From a virus (taxonomy: Duplodnaviria; Caudoviricetes): DNA of 47,793 nucleotides. The stretch is taken from positions 1 to 47,793 of the IMG/VR virus record IMGVR_UViG_3300044518_000068, one strand, 5' to 3'. This document shows, one piece after another, positions 36,551 through 46,557 of the stretch (within the stretch, counting starts at the first letter, position 1; each line of letters begins with the position of its first letter). The translations under genes were made by a program, and so were the position numbers. The notes under the pieces are model-generated. The model worked only from the letters and a program-made list of their open reading frames with translations. It was not told where the DNA came from and searched no databases.

Positions 36551-39298
36551 GTGGCTGAGTCGTTCCTGCCCCCGGTCGTTGTTGAGCTCGGCGCCGAGGA
36601 CACGGGTGCCGTCCGGGCGATCGAGCAGTTGATCGCCGCGCTCGCGCGCGTGCCGGAGGCCGCGCAGGCGGCCGCCGATGCGTTCAAGTTGGTCGCCGAC
36701 TCGGCCGTTGAGATGGCCGACGGCATCCTGGAGCCCCTGGATGCCGCGAAGGTCAGCATCCGCGGTGTCTCGGCGGCGATGCGGGCGATGGGCACTGCCG
36801 CGGCCGGCATGGACGAGGCGGCGGCGCCCGCGATGGACGGTGTCGCGGCGGCGGTTGAGGAGATGGCAGCCGCGGTCGAGGCATCCGCAGGCGCTGCCGC
36901 CAGCTCGATCGCGGCGCTGGGCACAGAGTTGGGCGCGCTCGGCACCGAAGCGAGGGCTGCCGCAGTGGAAGTCACTGCGTCGGCGGAGGAGTCTGCGGCT
37001 GCGTCCAAGGGGGCTGCGGACGCCGCCGAGGCCTCTGCCGGGCGGCAGGATGCGGCGCTGGGCGAGACTGCCGGGGCGTTGGGCAAGTACGCTGCCGGGC
37101 TGGCGGCGGCCGGGTTCGGCGTGTTCGAGGCGATCAAGGGCGCGGTGGGCTTCAACGCCGAGCTCGCCAAGATGAACACCCAGGCCGGGGTGTCGAAAAG
37201 CGAGCTCGGCTCTCTTGGGCAGGGCGTGCTCAGCCTCGCGGGGCAGGTGGGACAGTCGCCCGACTCGCTGGCCGAGGCGCTGTACCACGTCGAGTCGTCG
37301 TTCGCGAGCACCGGGATCACCGGGGCCAATGCCCTGAACATCCTCAAGACCGCGGCCGAGGGCGCCAGCATCGGCCACGCCAACCTCGTTGACGTCCAGA
37401 ACGCGCTGGATGCGGCGATCGCGTCCGGCATCCCAGGAGTCCAGAACTACTCCCAGGCCATGGGCGCGCTGAACTCCATCGTCGGCGCCGGCGACATGCA
37501 GATGCAGGACCTGGCGAACGCGCTGGGCACCGGTGTCCTGGCGGTGGTCAAGGGGTACGGCCTCACCCTGAACGACGTCGGCGCCGCACTCGCGACCTTC
37601 GGCGACAACAACATCAGGGGCGCCGGCGCGGCAACCGACCTCCGCATGGCGGTACAAGCACTCGCAGTGCCCGCCAAAAACGGTCAACTCCAGCTCCAGG
37701 CATGGGGGCTGAGCGCTGACTCGCTGTCGGAAGACATGCAGAGCCACGGCCTGGTGTGGACCCTCAACGCGTTGCACGACCTGTTCGTCAAGAACGGCGT
37801 GACGGCGACCGAGCAGGGTGCCGTGATCACCGACATGTTCGGCAAGAAGGCCGGCAGCGGGCTGGCTGTGCTGATGGGCCAGTTGGACCGGGTCAACTCG
37901 AAGGTTCCGGATATCGCGAAGGGCGCGAGTGGCTTCACCGATGCCTGGCAGACGACTTCGCACACCGTCGGCCAGGAGTTCGCGGACCTGAAGGCGGGCT
38001 TGGAGTCCCTGGCGATCAAGCTCGGAACGGCGCTGCTGCCGGCCCTGTCGAAGGTGCTCGGCTGGGTCCGGGACGGTGTCGCCTGGATCACCCAGCACAA
38101 GACGGCGGTGGCTGTACTGGCGTCGGTGATCGGCGGGGTACTGGTTGCCGCGCTGTGGGGGGTAGTTGGGGCGCTGTCGGCGATGGAGATCAACCCGGTG
38201 ATGCTCGGGATCACCGCCCTCGCGGCTGCGGCGATCTACGCCTGGACGCATTTCAAGGCGTTCCGCACAGCCGTGGCGGACGTGGCGAGTTTCCTGAAGA
38301 CGGTGCTGGTCGGCGCGTTCCACATCGCGCAGATGGCGGTCGCGGCCCTGGTCAGCTGGGTCAAGGGGCACAGCAAGGAGTTCAGCGCGGCCTGGTCGGC
38401 CACGGTCCACGAGGTCGAGGGCTGGGCAAAGTGGTTCGACAAGAACGTGTTGTCGTGGATCCGGGCTCGGATCGCTGATCTGGTCGGCTGGTGGAAGGAC
38501 CACAGCGCGGAGATCTCCACCGTCTGGCAGCACGTCTGGACACTCATCTCGACGGCCGTAAAGGTCGCCTGGGACGCGGAGATCAAGCCGCTGCTGACGA
38601 ACCTGATGTCCACCTGGCGGGTCGTCTGGGGCGTCGTGCGCGACACGGCCAAGTTGGCCTGGTCGATCATCTCTGGTGTGATCACGACAGCGATGCATCT
38701 GATCATGAACATCATCGGGGTCGCGCTCGATCTGCTGACCGGCCACTGGGGCAAGGCCTGGCAGGACGTCAAGAAGCTGGTCTCGCAAGGCCTCGGTGAC
38801 ATCGTCCACTTGATCGTCTCGGTGGCATCCGGCTTCGGCACGCTGCTCTACGACGCGGGCGCGAACATCATCAAGGGTTTGATCAACGGCGTGAAGTCGA
38901 TGGCTGGCGGGATCAAAAACGCGATCGGTGACGTGGCTCACACCATCCGGTCGTTCCTGCCGTTCAGCCCGGCGAAGCAGGGCCCGCTGAGCGGTTCTGG
39001 GTCGCCGGACATCGCTGGTCGGAAGATCGGTGAGATGGTCGCCTCGGGCATCAGCGGCTCAGTCGCTGGAGTCTCTCGCGCGACCCGCGGCCTGGCTGGG
39101 GCTGCCTCGCTCGCTCTTGGTGGTCAGGGTCTGTCCGGCCTGGCGCTCACCGCGAGCGCGGCGGCCGGCAGCGGATCCGCTGGCGAGTACCCGCCGATCA
39201 TCGTGCAGGTCGACGGTAGGCAACTGTTCAAGATCCTCCAGGTCCAGGCGTTGCAAAACGGGCGCCGCAACCAGACCACCGGACTCGTCTACACATAG
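36551..39298 (+). CDS. Tape measure protein
   Basis: 915 aa Ala-rich, TP901-type core, periodic Trp repeats, LPFSPAKQGPLSG. Confidence 0.95.
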   Translation: MAESFLPPVVVELGAEDTGAVRAIEQLIAALARVPEAAQAAADAFKLVADSAVEMADGILEPLDAAKVSIRGVSAAMRAMGTAAAGMDEAAAPAMDGVAAAVEEMAAAVEASAGAAASSIAALGTELGALGTEARAAAVEVTASAEESAAASKGAADAAEASAGRQDAALGETAGALGKYAAGLAAAGFGVFEAIKGAVGFNAELAKMNTQAGVSKSELGSLGQGVLSLAGQVGQSPDSLAEALYHVESSFASTGITGANALNILKTAAEGASIGHANLVDVQNALDAAIASGIPGVQNYSQAMGALNSIVGAGDMQMQDLANALGTGVLAVVKGYGLTLNDVGAALATFGDNNIRGAGAATDLRMAVQALAVPAKNGQLQLQAWGLSADSLSEDMQSHGLVWTLNALHDLFVKNGVTATEQGAVITDMFGKKAGSGLAVLMGQLDRVNSKVPDIAKGASGFTDAWQTTSHTVGQEFADLKAGLESLAIKLGTALLPALSKVLGWVRDGVAWITQHKTAVAVLASVIGGVLVAALWGVVGALSAMEINPVMLGITALAAAAIYAWTHFKAFRTAVADVASFLKTVLVGAFHIAQMAVAALVSWVKGHSKEFSAAWSATVHEVEGWAKWFDKNVLSWIRARIADLVGWWKDHSAEISTVWQHVWTLISTAVKVAWDAEIKPLLTNLMSTWRVVWGVVRDTAKLAWSIISGVITTAMHLIMNIIGVALDLLTGHWGKAWQDVKKLVSQGLGDIVHLIVSVASGFGTLLYDAGANIIKGLINGVKSMAGGIKNAIGDVAHTIRSFLPFSPAKQGPLSGSGSPDIAGRKIGEMVASGISGSVAGVSRATRGLAGAASLALGGQGLSGLALTASAAAGSGSAGEYPPIIVQVDGRQLFKILQVQALQNGRRNQTTGLVYT

Positions 39299-39301
39299 GA
39301 G

Positions 39302-42300
39302 GTGGCCGTGTCGAATCCCCTACTTGGGAGCCTAGTTGACGCGTTCACCGAACCCACGCTGAACACCGCCATCTGGAACTCCAGTACCCCGGGCTCGGTC
39401 GGGATCGCGGCGCCCGGCCGTGCGTACGTCCAAGTCGCACCGGGTTTCCCGCATCTGGGGGCGATCGGCGCCAGCGGCTACAGCGCGGCTGGCCAGGCGG
39501 TCTATGCTCGCGTCACCCCGGCCCCGGCCGGGGCTGGCAGCGCGCAGGTCACGACGTTCTTCCAGATCACGGCCGACTCCGGTGACCTGGTGCAGTTCAT
39601 CTGCACGCCGGGTACCGCCTACCAGGCGCAGGTGCTGAACGCCGGCGTGGCTACCACGGTGGCGTTGCCCACGTACGATCCAACGCAGCATGCGTGGTGG
39701 CGTCTGCGGGAGACGGGCGGCAGTTGGGCGTTCGACGTGAGCGCGGACGGGTCGTCTTGGGCAACGCTCACGACGCTGGCCTACAGCTGGTCACCAGCAT
39801 CGGTCGGTGTGTACGTGCTCGCGCACACCAGCGACGGCACAACCGGCGGCAGCGCGTATGTCGAGCACGTCAACACGCCTACGGGCGCGGGTACGTTGAT
39901 GCCCAGCTGGCCGCAGATCCGGTTCGGCGTCGCGTTCAACGCTGGCGGTTCCCAGGCGACGCAGCCGGCCTACGTCGACCTGTCCTCGCGGCTGCGCGGC
40001 AGCTGGAGCGCAGAGTTGGCCGGCCGCCAGTACGAGTTGGACCAGATCCAGTCCGGCCAGCTGACGGTGTCGTTGTGGAATCTGGACGGCGCGCTCGACC
40101 CGATCAACACCGCGAGCCCGTACGCGCCGAACGTCGTGCCGATGCGGTCCTGTCGGTTGCAGGCGGTGTGGCCGCCGAGTCGAAACCTGATGCCGCAGAA
40201 CGTGAGCTCGGGTACCAGTACCGCGGGCCTGGGTGCCAGCGCGGGCAGTGTCGCCCCGGCATCCGGACTGCCAGCCGCGCCAACTGGGCACGCCACGGCG
40301 CATGCGTGGTCGGTCCCGGCGGCCGCAGCTGCCGCGAGTGTCATGGGGCTGATCGCGCTGGGGAGCCCAGGCTGGCCGGTCGCAGATGCCTCGGCGGTTC
40401 CCGTAGTGGCGGGCCAGCAGTACACGTTCAGCTGCTGGGTGGCCCAGGGTGCGGGTGGCGATGCGACGCTGCAGGCGGCACACCGGGTTAGCTGGTACCC
40501 CGTGTCCGGGTCCCGGATCACGGTGGGTATCGGCTCTGCCGTCACCGTGCCGGTGCTGGGGACGAGTTGGGCACTGGTGACGTACACAGTGACGGCACCG
40601 GCGGGTGCGGTCAGCTGCCGGCCGGGAGTGCAGATCAGCAGCAGCCCGGCGGTGGCGTCCACGGTGTACGTCACTGCGTGGCAAGTGGAGCAGGCTGCTA
40701 CTGCGTCGCCATGGACACCGGGTGGGGTGGTCTACCCGCTGTGGGCCGGGTTCGTGGAGAGGTGGCCTCAGCGCTGGTCCCAGCAGGGCACCTACGGGAC
40801 CGTCGATCTGACCTGCGTCGACGTGCTGGCTGGGCTGAGTCAGTTCACCCTGCAGCCCAACCTCCAGGCCCAACTAGCGTCGCTCCGGCCGAGTTTCATG
40901 TACCCGTTCAACGAGCCGACGGGCTCCAGCTCGTTCGCGGACGCGACGGGGCAGTGGCGGCCACGTGCGGTGGCGAACTCGGTGCGCGGTCAGGGGTCCG
41001 CCTCGATCACCGCGGGGAACAGCGTGCAGGGCTCCGGATCGGTTGGGTCGGCCGGTCCGGTCGTCACCCTGGTGAACCCCAGCTACGGCCAGAACAACCC
41101 TGCCCAGGGGCAGTTCATCGACTCGCCGGCTCTCCAGGCGCCGCCCACCAGCGGGGGCTGGACGAGGATCATCGCCTACCGCACCACCACCGTGCCGCCC
41201 ACCGGCTCCGCGATGTGCCTATGGGCTGCCAGCGGCCCAGGCGCGTTCACCGCCGGGACCGGCTCTCGGGCGTTGGTCGGCATCTACCTGGATTCCAGCC
41301 AGCATCTGTACGGGGCGATCTCGGATCCAACGGGGACCTACACCGCAACGGTGCCTGTTCCCGACGTCCTCAGCTGCGACGGCAACTGGCACATGGCCAT
41401 CATCCAACTCTCCAGCGATGGCACGACGTTCACCGTCGCGAACGACGAGCACGGCTACGTGGCAACTACGACCGGGGCCTACACGCCGTCCGGTTGCACG
41501 GCTGACACGATCGGTGCGGTGGCCAACCGCCCCGTGGGCGCGACGAACTATTTGTACCAGGGGGATTTAGCGTTCGCGGCGCAGGTTCCGTACCCAATCG
41601 GCAACTCAGCTGCCTACGACCTGGGTTCGGGGTTCTCGACCGGCTGGGCGGGGGAGACCTCGGCGGCCCGGGCTCAGCGGATCTTGATGATGTGTGGCTA
41701 CGGCGGCACGATCACGACGCAGGACGCCAGCATGGCGATGGGCGGCGCCAACCTGGCTGGCGTAGACCCGATGACGGCGCTGGAGACGGTGGCCGACACC
41801 GAGGCCGGGCAGGTCGTCGTTGATGGCGCGGGGACGCTGTGGCTGACGGGCCGCCTGTGGCGATACCTTCAGTCCACCGCGACGGTGACGTTCGGGGAGA
41901 ACCAGGCCAGTGGCGAAGTCCCGTACCTCGGCGACGTGACGGTGGAGCTGGACCCGACGCACGTCTACAACGTGGCCCAGGTCACGAACCAGGCCGCACC
42001 CGGGGCGGCCACGCAACCGGCGCAGACCGTCAACAACCCGGCGTCGCAGGCGGCTTACCTGCCGCGGACGCTCCAGCGGACCATCAACGCGCAGGACCCG
42101 ACGATGGCGCTGCAGGCCGGCCAGTACCTGGTGAGCCAGTACGGGCAGCCACAGCCACGGCTGTCGGCGCTGACGGTGGATGGGGCGAGCAACCCGGCAC
42201 TCTGGTCAACGATCCTCGGGCTCGGGTTCGGCACGCGGGCGCAGGTGAACCGGCGGCCGCCGAGCTGGCCCGGTGCTCCTGAGATCAGCGTGCAGCAGTT

Positions 42301-42769
42301 CGTGGAGCATGTGGCGTGGGAGGGCGACGACCAGGGCAACCTCAAGGTGCGGTTGCAGCTCACCCCTGCCGGTCCGTATCTGGGCTGGTGGGTCGCGGCG
42401 CCGCTGCACACCACGATGGCGGTCGCCTCGACTGCTGGCACGACCACGGTCACGCTCGCCGCGTTGACCGGCTCGGCGAGTAACCCGGCGTCCTCCGTGC
42501 TGACACCGGGCACGGTGCTGACGCTCGGGTACGGCACCGCCGCGGCTGAACAGCTGACGGTGCAGAGCGTGGCAGCCACGACAGCGGGTTACTCATCCGT
42601 CGCAGTGACCTTTACCAGTGGCACCGCTCACAACCACGCCGTCGGCGACGTCGTGTGCCAGCCACTCCCCAGCGGCTACCAGTTGCCGACCACGACTGCC
42701 ACGGGGTTCCCGGCGTCGCTGGACAGCGGGGCCACCCTCTCGGCGACCGGTCCGCGCGCCGCCTACTGA
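39302..42769 (+). CDS. Large minor tail/hub protein with lectin/LamG-like domains
   Basis: Follows tape measure; GRQYELDQIQSG...LDPINTASPY motif; CDGNWHMA LamG-like segment. Confidence 0.85.
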   Translation: MAVSNPLLGSLVDAFTEPTLNTAIWNSSTPGSVGIAAPGRAYVQVAPGFPHLGAIGASGYSAAGQAVYARVTPAPAGAGSAQVTTFFQITADSGDLVQFICTPGTAYQAQVLNAGVATTVALPTYDPTQHAWWRLRETGGSWAFDVSADGSSWATLTTLAYSWSPASVGVYVLAHTSDGTTGGSAYVEHVNTPTGAGTLMPSWPQIRFGVAFNAGGSQATQPAYVDLSSRLRGSWSAELAGRQYELDQIQSGQLTVSLWNLDGALDPINTASPYAPNVVPMRSCRLQAVWPPSRNLMPQNVSSGTSTAGLGASAGSVAPASGLPAAPTGHATAHAWSVPAAAAAASVMGLIALGSPGWPVADASAVPVVAGQQYTFSCWVAQGAGGDATLQAAHRVSWYPVSGSRITVGIGSAVTVPVLGTSWALVTYTVTAPAGAVSCRPGVQISSSPAVASTVYVTAWQVEQAATASPWTPGGVVYPLWAGFVERWPQRWSQQGTYGTVDLTCVDVLAGLSQFTLQPNLQAQLASLRPSFMYPFNEPTGSSSFADATGQWRPRAVANSVRGQGSASITAGNSVQGSGSVGSAGPVVTLVNPSYGQNNPAQGQFIDSPALQAPPTSGGWTRIIAYRTTTVPPTGSAMCLWAASGPGAFTAGTGSRALVGIYLDSSQHLYGAISDPTGTYTATVPVPDVLSCDGNWHMAIIQLSSDGTTFTVANDEHGYVATTTGAYTPSGCTADTIGAVANRPVGATNYLYQGDLAFAAQVPYPIGNSAAYDLGSGFSTGWAGETSAARAQRILMMCGYGGTITTQDASMAMGGANLAGVDPMTALETVADTEAGQVVVDGAGTLWLTGRLWRYLQSTATVTFGENQASGEVPYLGDVTVELDPTHVYNVAQVTNQAAPGAATQPAQTVNNPASQAAYLPRTLQRTINAQDPTMALQAGQYLVSQYGQPQPRLSALTVDGASNPALWSTILGLGFGTRAQVNRRPPSWPGAPEISVQQFVEHVAWEGDDQGNLKVRLQLTPAGPYLGWWVAAPLHTTMAVASTAGTTTVTLAALTGSASNPASSVLTPGTVLTLGYGTAAAEQLTVQSVAATTAGYSSVAVTFTSGTAHNHAVGDVVCQPLPSGYQLPTTTATGFPASLDSGATLSATGPRAAY

Positions 42770-42834
42770 CCATCTCGTCCCCCACGGCCGTCCGCTGTTG
42801 CGCGGGCGGCCAGTCCACGTGCCTGGAGGCGCCC

Positions 42835-43389
42835 GTGACTGGCATCTCGCCGCCTGTCCCGTATCAGTGGTCTGTCGGCGATGTCGCCACCGCCGCACTG
42901 CTCAACGCTCAACTCTTCACTGGACTCAGCTTCTTGCTGAATCCGCCGATGTTCGAGGCCGTTCAGGCCACGACGAAGACCACTGTCGCGAGCGGCACGT
43001 CCTGGACCGCGCTGAACTTCTCGGACGCGGCGGGCATCCTCTCCGACACGTACGGGGGCTGGTCCTCCAGTTCGCCGACGCGCTACACCGCGCAGGTCCC
43101 GGGTTGGTACTGGGTGTCTGGGGGCGCCTGCTTCGTCACCAACTCCACGGGAAACCGCGGGGTGCGGATCGCGAAGAACGGGACCGGCTACCAGGGCGGC
43201 GGCACGATCATCGGCGGCGCGGCCGTCTCGCAGGACACCGCAATCGCGACCCCAGTCCGCAAGGTCTACCTCAACGGGACCACGGACTACGTCGAGATCC
43301 ACTGCCTGCAGACCTCGGGCGCGAACCTGTCCACCGACATTACTGGCGACGTGTGCTCGTACGTCTCTGTCTTCTTCGCCCACCTCTGA
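42835..43389 (+). CDS. Minor tail protein (C1q/TNF-like beta fold)
   Basis: WSVGDVATAALLN; TRYTAQVPGWY; YLNGTTDYVEI. Confidence 0.75.
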   Translation: MTGISPPVPYQWSVGDVATAALLNAQLFTGLSFLLNPPMFEAVQATTKTTVASGTSWTALNFSDAAGILSDTYGGWSSSSPTRYTAQVPGWYWVSGGACFVTNSTGNRGVRIAKNGTGYQGGGTIIGGAAVSQDTAIATPVRKVYLNGTTDYVEIHCLQTSGANLSTDITGDVCSYVSVFFAHL

Positions 43390-43400
43390 ATAGGACCCTG

Positions 43401-43658
43401 ATGAGCACTGCGTCGTCCATCACCCAGTACGCGATCCAGTTCAACATCACGCACTCGCCTGACAACGCATATGACACTGCCAACTTCAACCTCACGCTCC
43501 CGGGGTGGACCGACGCCGAGGTGTCCTCGTTCGTCCAGGGCATCCAGGCGCTGCCGATCCCGGCCGGATGCTCCATGCAGCTCTGGGTGAACAAGAGCTC
43601 GCAGCTGTCGACGATCTACACAACGAACACCGCGACGAACCCGATCTCGTTTACCTGA
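43401..43658 (+). CDS. Hypothetical tail-associated protein
   Basis: AGGA RBS; position. Confidence 0.65.
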   Translation: MSTASSITQYAIQFNITHSPDNAYDTANFNLTLPGWTDAEVSSFVQGIQALPIPAGCSMQLWVNKSSQLSTIYTTNTATNPISFT

Positions 43659-43725
43659 CCAGCCCGCACCTTCCCATTTTGATGCCCCGCCAGCGCGCGG
43701 GGCTCTCGCATGCCCGGAGGCACCC

Positions 43726-44265
43726 ATGGCGCTGGCCGACCTTGCCGCGCTCGACCGCCACAAGCCGGGGGGCTTCCCGCCTGGCTACCGCGCCGACGTA
43801 CGCACCTTCTACTCGCCCGTGGACGACGTCCACGGAGCGCTGCTCGACCTCGTCCGGTCAGCGACGTCCTCACTGGTCGTCGCCATGTACGGCTTCGACG
43901 ACGACGAGCTGGCCGAGGCGATCCGAGAGAAACTCGCCGACGAGCGGGTGTTCGTCCAGCTCACCCTCGACTCCAGCCAGGCCGCTGGCGTGCACGAGCG
44001 GCAGATCCTCGCCACCGAGTCGTATCCGGCGTCCAGCGTCGCGATCGGCAGGAGCGAGCACGGCGCGATCATGCACATGAAGGTGCTGATCGTGGACGGC
44101 GTCTACCGGGTCAGCGGCTCGACCAACTGGAGCCACAGCGGCGAGGCGCTCCAAGACAACGAGCTGACGGTCATCTGCGATCCGGTGCTGGCCGCGGAAG
44201 CCCGCGCACGGGTCGACGCCATCCACCACCACATGCTCAACAGCGCGCGGGCGGGCGCCCGGTGA
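43726..44265 (+). CDS. Single-domain phospholipase D/Nuc-family (HKD) protein
   Basis: HMKVLIVD (HxKxxxxD), GSTNWS, DNE. Confidence 0.9.
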   Translation: MALADLAALDRHKPGGFPPGYRADVRTFYSPVDDVHGALLDLVRSATSSLVVAMYGFDDDELAEAIREKLADERVFVQLTLDSSQAAGVHERQILATESYPASSVAIGRSEHGAIMHMKVLIVDGVYRVSGSTNWSHSGEALQDNELTVICDPVLAAEARARVDAIHHHMLNSARAGAR

Positions 44266-44594
44266 GCCGGGCCGACAGGTTCAACGAGCACCTGGCGGTC
44301 CGGGCAACGAAGGCGTTCGGCACGATGTGGGCCTTCTACGTCTTCACCGCGTACGGCTTGTTGCCGCTGCTGTTCCCGCAGGCGATCAACACGCTCCTGT
44401 ACTGGAGCAACGTCGTACAGCTCGTGGCACTGCCCCTGCTAGCCGTCGGCCAGGCCGTCCTCGGCCGCGCTGCGGAGCGCCAGGCGAAGGAGACTCACGA
44501 CGCCGTGCTGGAGGAGCTCCAGCTACTGCGCGCCCAGCGAGCTGACGCTGCCGCACCCACCGACACCACTCCCGACACCGAGGAGACTTCCTGA
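44262..44594 (+). CDS. Two-TM membrane protein, holin candidate
   Basis: Two hydrophobic segments; directly upstream of endolysin. Confidence 0.65.
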   Translation: MSRADRFNEHLAVRATKAFGTMWAFYVFTAYGLLPLLFPQAINTLLYWSNVVQLVALPLLAVGQAVLGRAAERQAKETHDAVLEELQLLRAQRADAAAPTDTTPDTEETS

Positions 44595-45472
44595 TGGGCA
44601 TCTACGGTCAGGACTGGGCGAGCTACCAGTCCGCTACCCCGAGCACCGCCGGGCTGAGCTTCGCGTTCATCAAGGTCAGCCAGGGGATGACGTACGTCAA
44701 TCCGGAGTGGTCCGCGCAGCGCGACCACGCCCGGGCGGCCGGCCTGGTGGTGGGGTACTACCACTACCCGAACATGGCGAACTCGCCACAGGCCGAGGCG
44801 GACCGTTTCCTGGCCCTGGCGCAGCCGCGGGCCGGGGAGCTGCTGTGCCTGGACTGGGAGGGCTACGACCAGGCGAACTCGGGTGTCCCGCACGCCACCC
44901 AGCTCGCGTACAAGGAGGGCTTCCTCAAGCGCCTCAAGGCGCAGGCCCCGCACCAGGCGGTCGGGCTGTATTGCAACACCGACTACTGGAACACCATCGA
45001 CAACACCGGCTACTTCCAGGACTTCCTGTGGATCGCCACCGCGGGCCTGCCGGCGGGGCAACCGGGGGTGAACGCCAACTGGATGTTCCACCAGTACAGC
45101 AGTGCCAGCGGCACGGACCAGGACTACTGCCACCTCGGGAGCGCCGCCGAGTTGCACGCCTGGGCCCTGTCGTTCGCGCCCGCGCCGACGCCGGCCCCGG
45201 CGCCGCATCCGGCTGGCGGCCCGGCCTGGCCTGGCTACGACTTCCGGCTCCAGGCGAGCGTGATGCACGATGGCAACATCTTCAACTGGCAGCAGCGAAT
45301 GCACGAGCGCGGCTGGCAGATCGTCGTGGACGGGTGGTACGGCCCCGCGTCGGCGAGTATCTGTCGGCAGTTCCAGCAGGACAGCACTGCGCACGGTTGG
45401 CCGTTGGCGGTGGACGGCATCGTTGGCGAGCAGACCTGGAACGCTGCCTGGCAGCGGCCGGTCAGCCGCTGA
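44594..45472 (+). CDS. GH25 endolysin with C-terminal peptidoglycan-binding domain
   Basis: GQDWASYQ, FAFIKVSQG, GYYHY, LDWE; VDGWYGP...FQ...LAVDGIVGEQTW. Confidence 0.93.
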   Translation: MGIYGQDWASYQSATPSTAGLSFAFIKVSQGMTYVNPEWSAQRDHARAAGLVVGYYHYPNMANSPQAEADRFLALAQPRAGELLCLDWEGYDQANSGVPHATQLAYKEGFLKRLKAQAPHQAVGLYCNTDYWNTIDNTGYFQDFLWIATAGLPAGQPGVNANWMFHQYSSASGTDQDYCHLGSAAELHAWALSFAPAPTPAPAPHPAGGPAWPGYDFRLQASVMHDGNIFNWQQRMHERGWQIVVDGWYGPASASICRQFQQDSTAHGWPLAVDGIVGEQTWNAAWQRPVSR

Positions 45473-45486
45473 TCGGAGGGTGTGCG

Positions 45487-45831
45487 TTGAGCTCTCCGAT
45501 GCCGGAGGACCCGGCGACAGCCCTGGCGCTGGAGCGGCTGCGCGGCGTGGTCGGGGAGTCCTTTGCCGAGATCAAGGGTTCGCTGGCGCTGTTGGTGCAG
45601 CGCAACGACCAGAACGATCGGGAGCTCGGCCAGCACCGCATCGAGCTGGTCGATCACGATCGACGGCTCGGTGAGGTGGAGCGGGCCCTGGCTGTCCTGA
45701 CCCAGCGCGAGGTCGTACAGGAGCAGCACGAGACCAAGTCGACCGAGTTGAAGCGCTGGCTGATTGGAACTGCGGCCGCGTTCCTGTTGGTGGCCGTGAC
45801 TGCGGCTGCATCGCTGCTGACTGCCCACTGA
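45487..45831 (+). CDS. Coiled-coil protein with C-terminal TM, lysis accessory/holin-like
   Basis: ALERLRG...DHDRRLGEVE; C-terminal TM. Confidence 0.7.
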   Translation: MSSPMPEDPATALALERLRGVVGESFAEIKGSLALLVQRNDQNDRELGQHRIELVDHDRRLGEVERALAVLTQREVVQEQHETKSTELKRWLIGTAAAFLLVAVTAAASLLTAH

Positions 45832-45835
45832 ACTA

Positions 45836-45873
45836 CCGCCCCCGTCCCGGCCTTCAGGTCGGGGCGGGGGCGG
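45836..45873. terminator. Bidirectional terminator hairpin
   Basis: 17-bp GC stem between convergent genes. Confidence 0.8.
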
Positions 45874-45884
45874 CTTCGTCACGT

Positions 45885-46106
45885 CTAGCGCAGGTCGGTG
45901 CGGGCGCCCTGTCCCGGGCGGCCGACTTGGGCGGCGCGAACCTCGGCCGCACGGTAGCGAGCACGAGGCCGGCTGCTGGTGGGATGGGGCTGAAAGTCGT
46001 GGGCCTGAACCTTCCAGCGGGAGAGGGTGCGTCGCGCGGAGCCGGAGCTCGCGGCTCCCAGGTACTCGACCACCTGGTCGATGGTCCAGAGTTCGGGTTC
46101 GGCCAT
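45885..46106 (-). CDS. Small MerR/Xis-like HTH regulator (Aca-like position)
   Basis: LWTIDQVVEYLG...SARRTLSRW...RPGQGARTDL; TGATG-coupled to upstream gene. Confidence 0.78.
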   Translation of the reverse strand: MAEPELWTIDQVVEYLGAASSGSARRTLSRWKVQAHDFQPHPTSSRPRARYRAAEVRAAQVGRPGQGARTDLR

Positions 46107-46405
46107 CAGGTGGTCTCGTGGCTGGTGATGATGGCCTCGCGAATCTCGGCGGCGGTGTCGTCGCTGATGGTGATCCAGGAGTCGACGTCGCGGTCGTCCG
46201 GGTTGCTGCGGAGGAGCTTGGGGCGCACGGGCTGGGTGTTGAGGATGATGTCGTCGCCGTCGATGTCGACGAGCTGGGCCAGCGTGGCGTGGATGGCGGC
46301 GTGCGCGTCGGCGCGGGGGAGGCCAGTCAGCTCCTGGATGTTGTCGAGAAGGTCGTAGCCGCCGATGGTGCGGCCGGGGCGGAGGCTGTAGATCGTGGTG
46401 CTCAC
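46106..46405 (-). CDS. Small acidic hypothetical protein, anti-CRISPR candidate
   Basis: 99 aa, about 17 D/E versus 8 K/R; AGGAG RBS before GTG 46405; function inferred from context only. Confidence 0.65.
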   Translation of the reverse strand: MSTTIYSLRPGRTIGGYDLLDNIQELTGLPRADAHAAIHATLAQLVDIDGDDIILNTQPVRPKLLRSNPDDRDVDSWITISDDTAAEIREAIITSHETT

Positions 46406-46444
46406 GGAGGTCTCCTGTCGCTGCGATTGGTGGACTCGGACATA

Positions 46445-46468
46445 ACCTTGCCTCACGTGAGGCAAGGT
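46445..46468. promoter_or_regulatory. Perfect 24-bp palindromic operator
   Basis: ACCTTGCCTCAC|GTGAGGCAAGGT between the HTH operon and the mini-array. Confidence 0.8.
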
Positions 46469-46557
46469 CTCAAGGGTGCCAGCAGTATGACTATTTGGAG
46501 CTCCTGGCGTCGGCCGGATTCGTATGACAGAGTGTCAGTTGTCCGCGTGAGCGGGCA

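Noticed and set aside
35969-38941. Long antisense ORFs (990 aa here; also 18423-20213, 28000-29817, 12140-13888)
   Set aside because: Shadow frames of high-GC3 genes with no recognisable motifs
39302-43658. Diversity-generating retroelement or invertible tail-fibre system
   Set aside because: No reverse transcriptase, invertase or template/variable repeat pair seen
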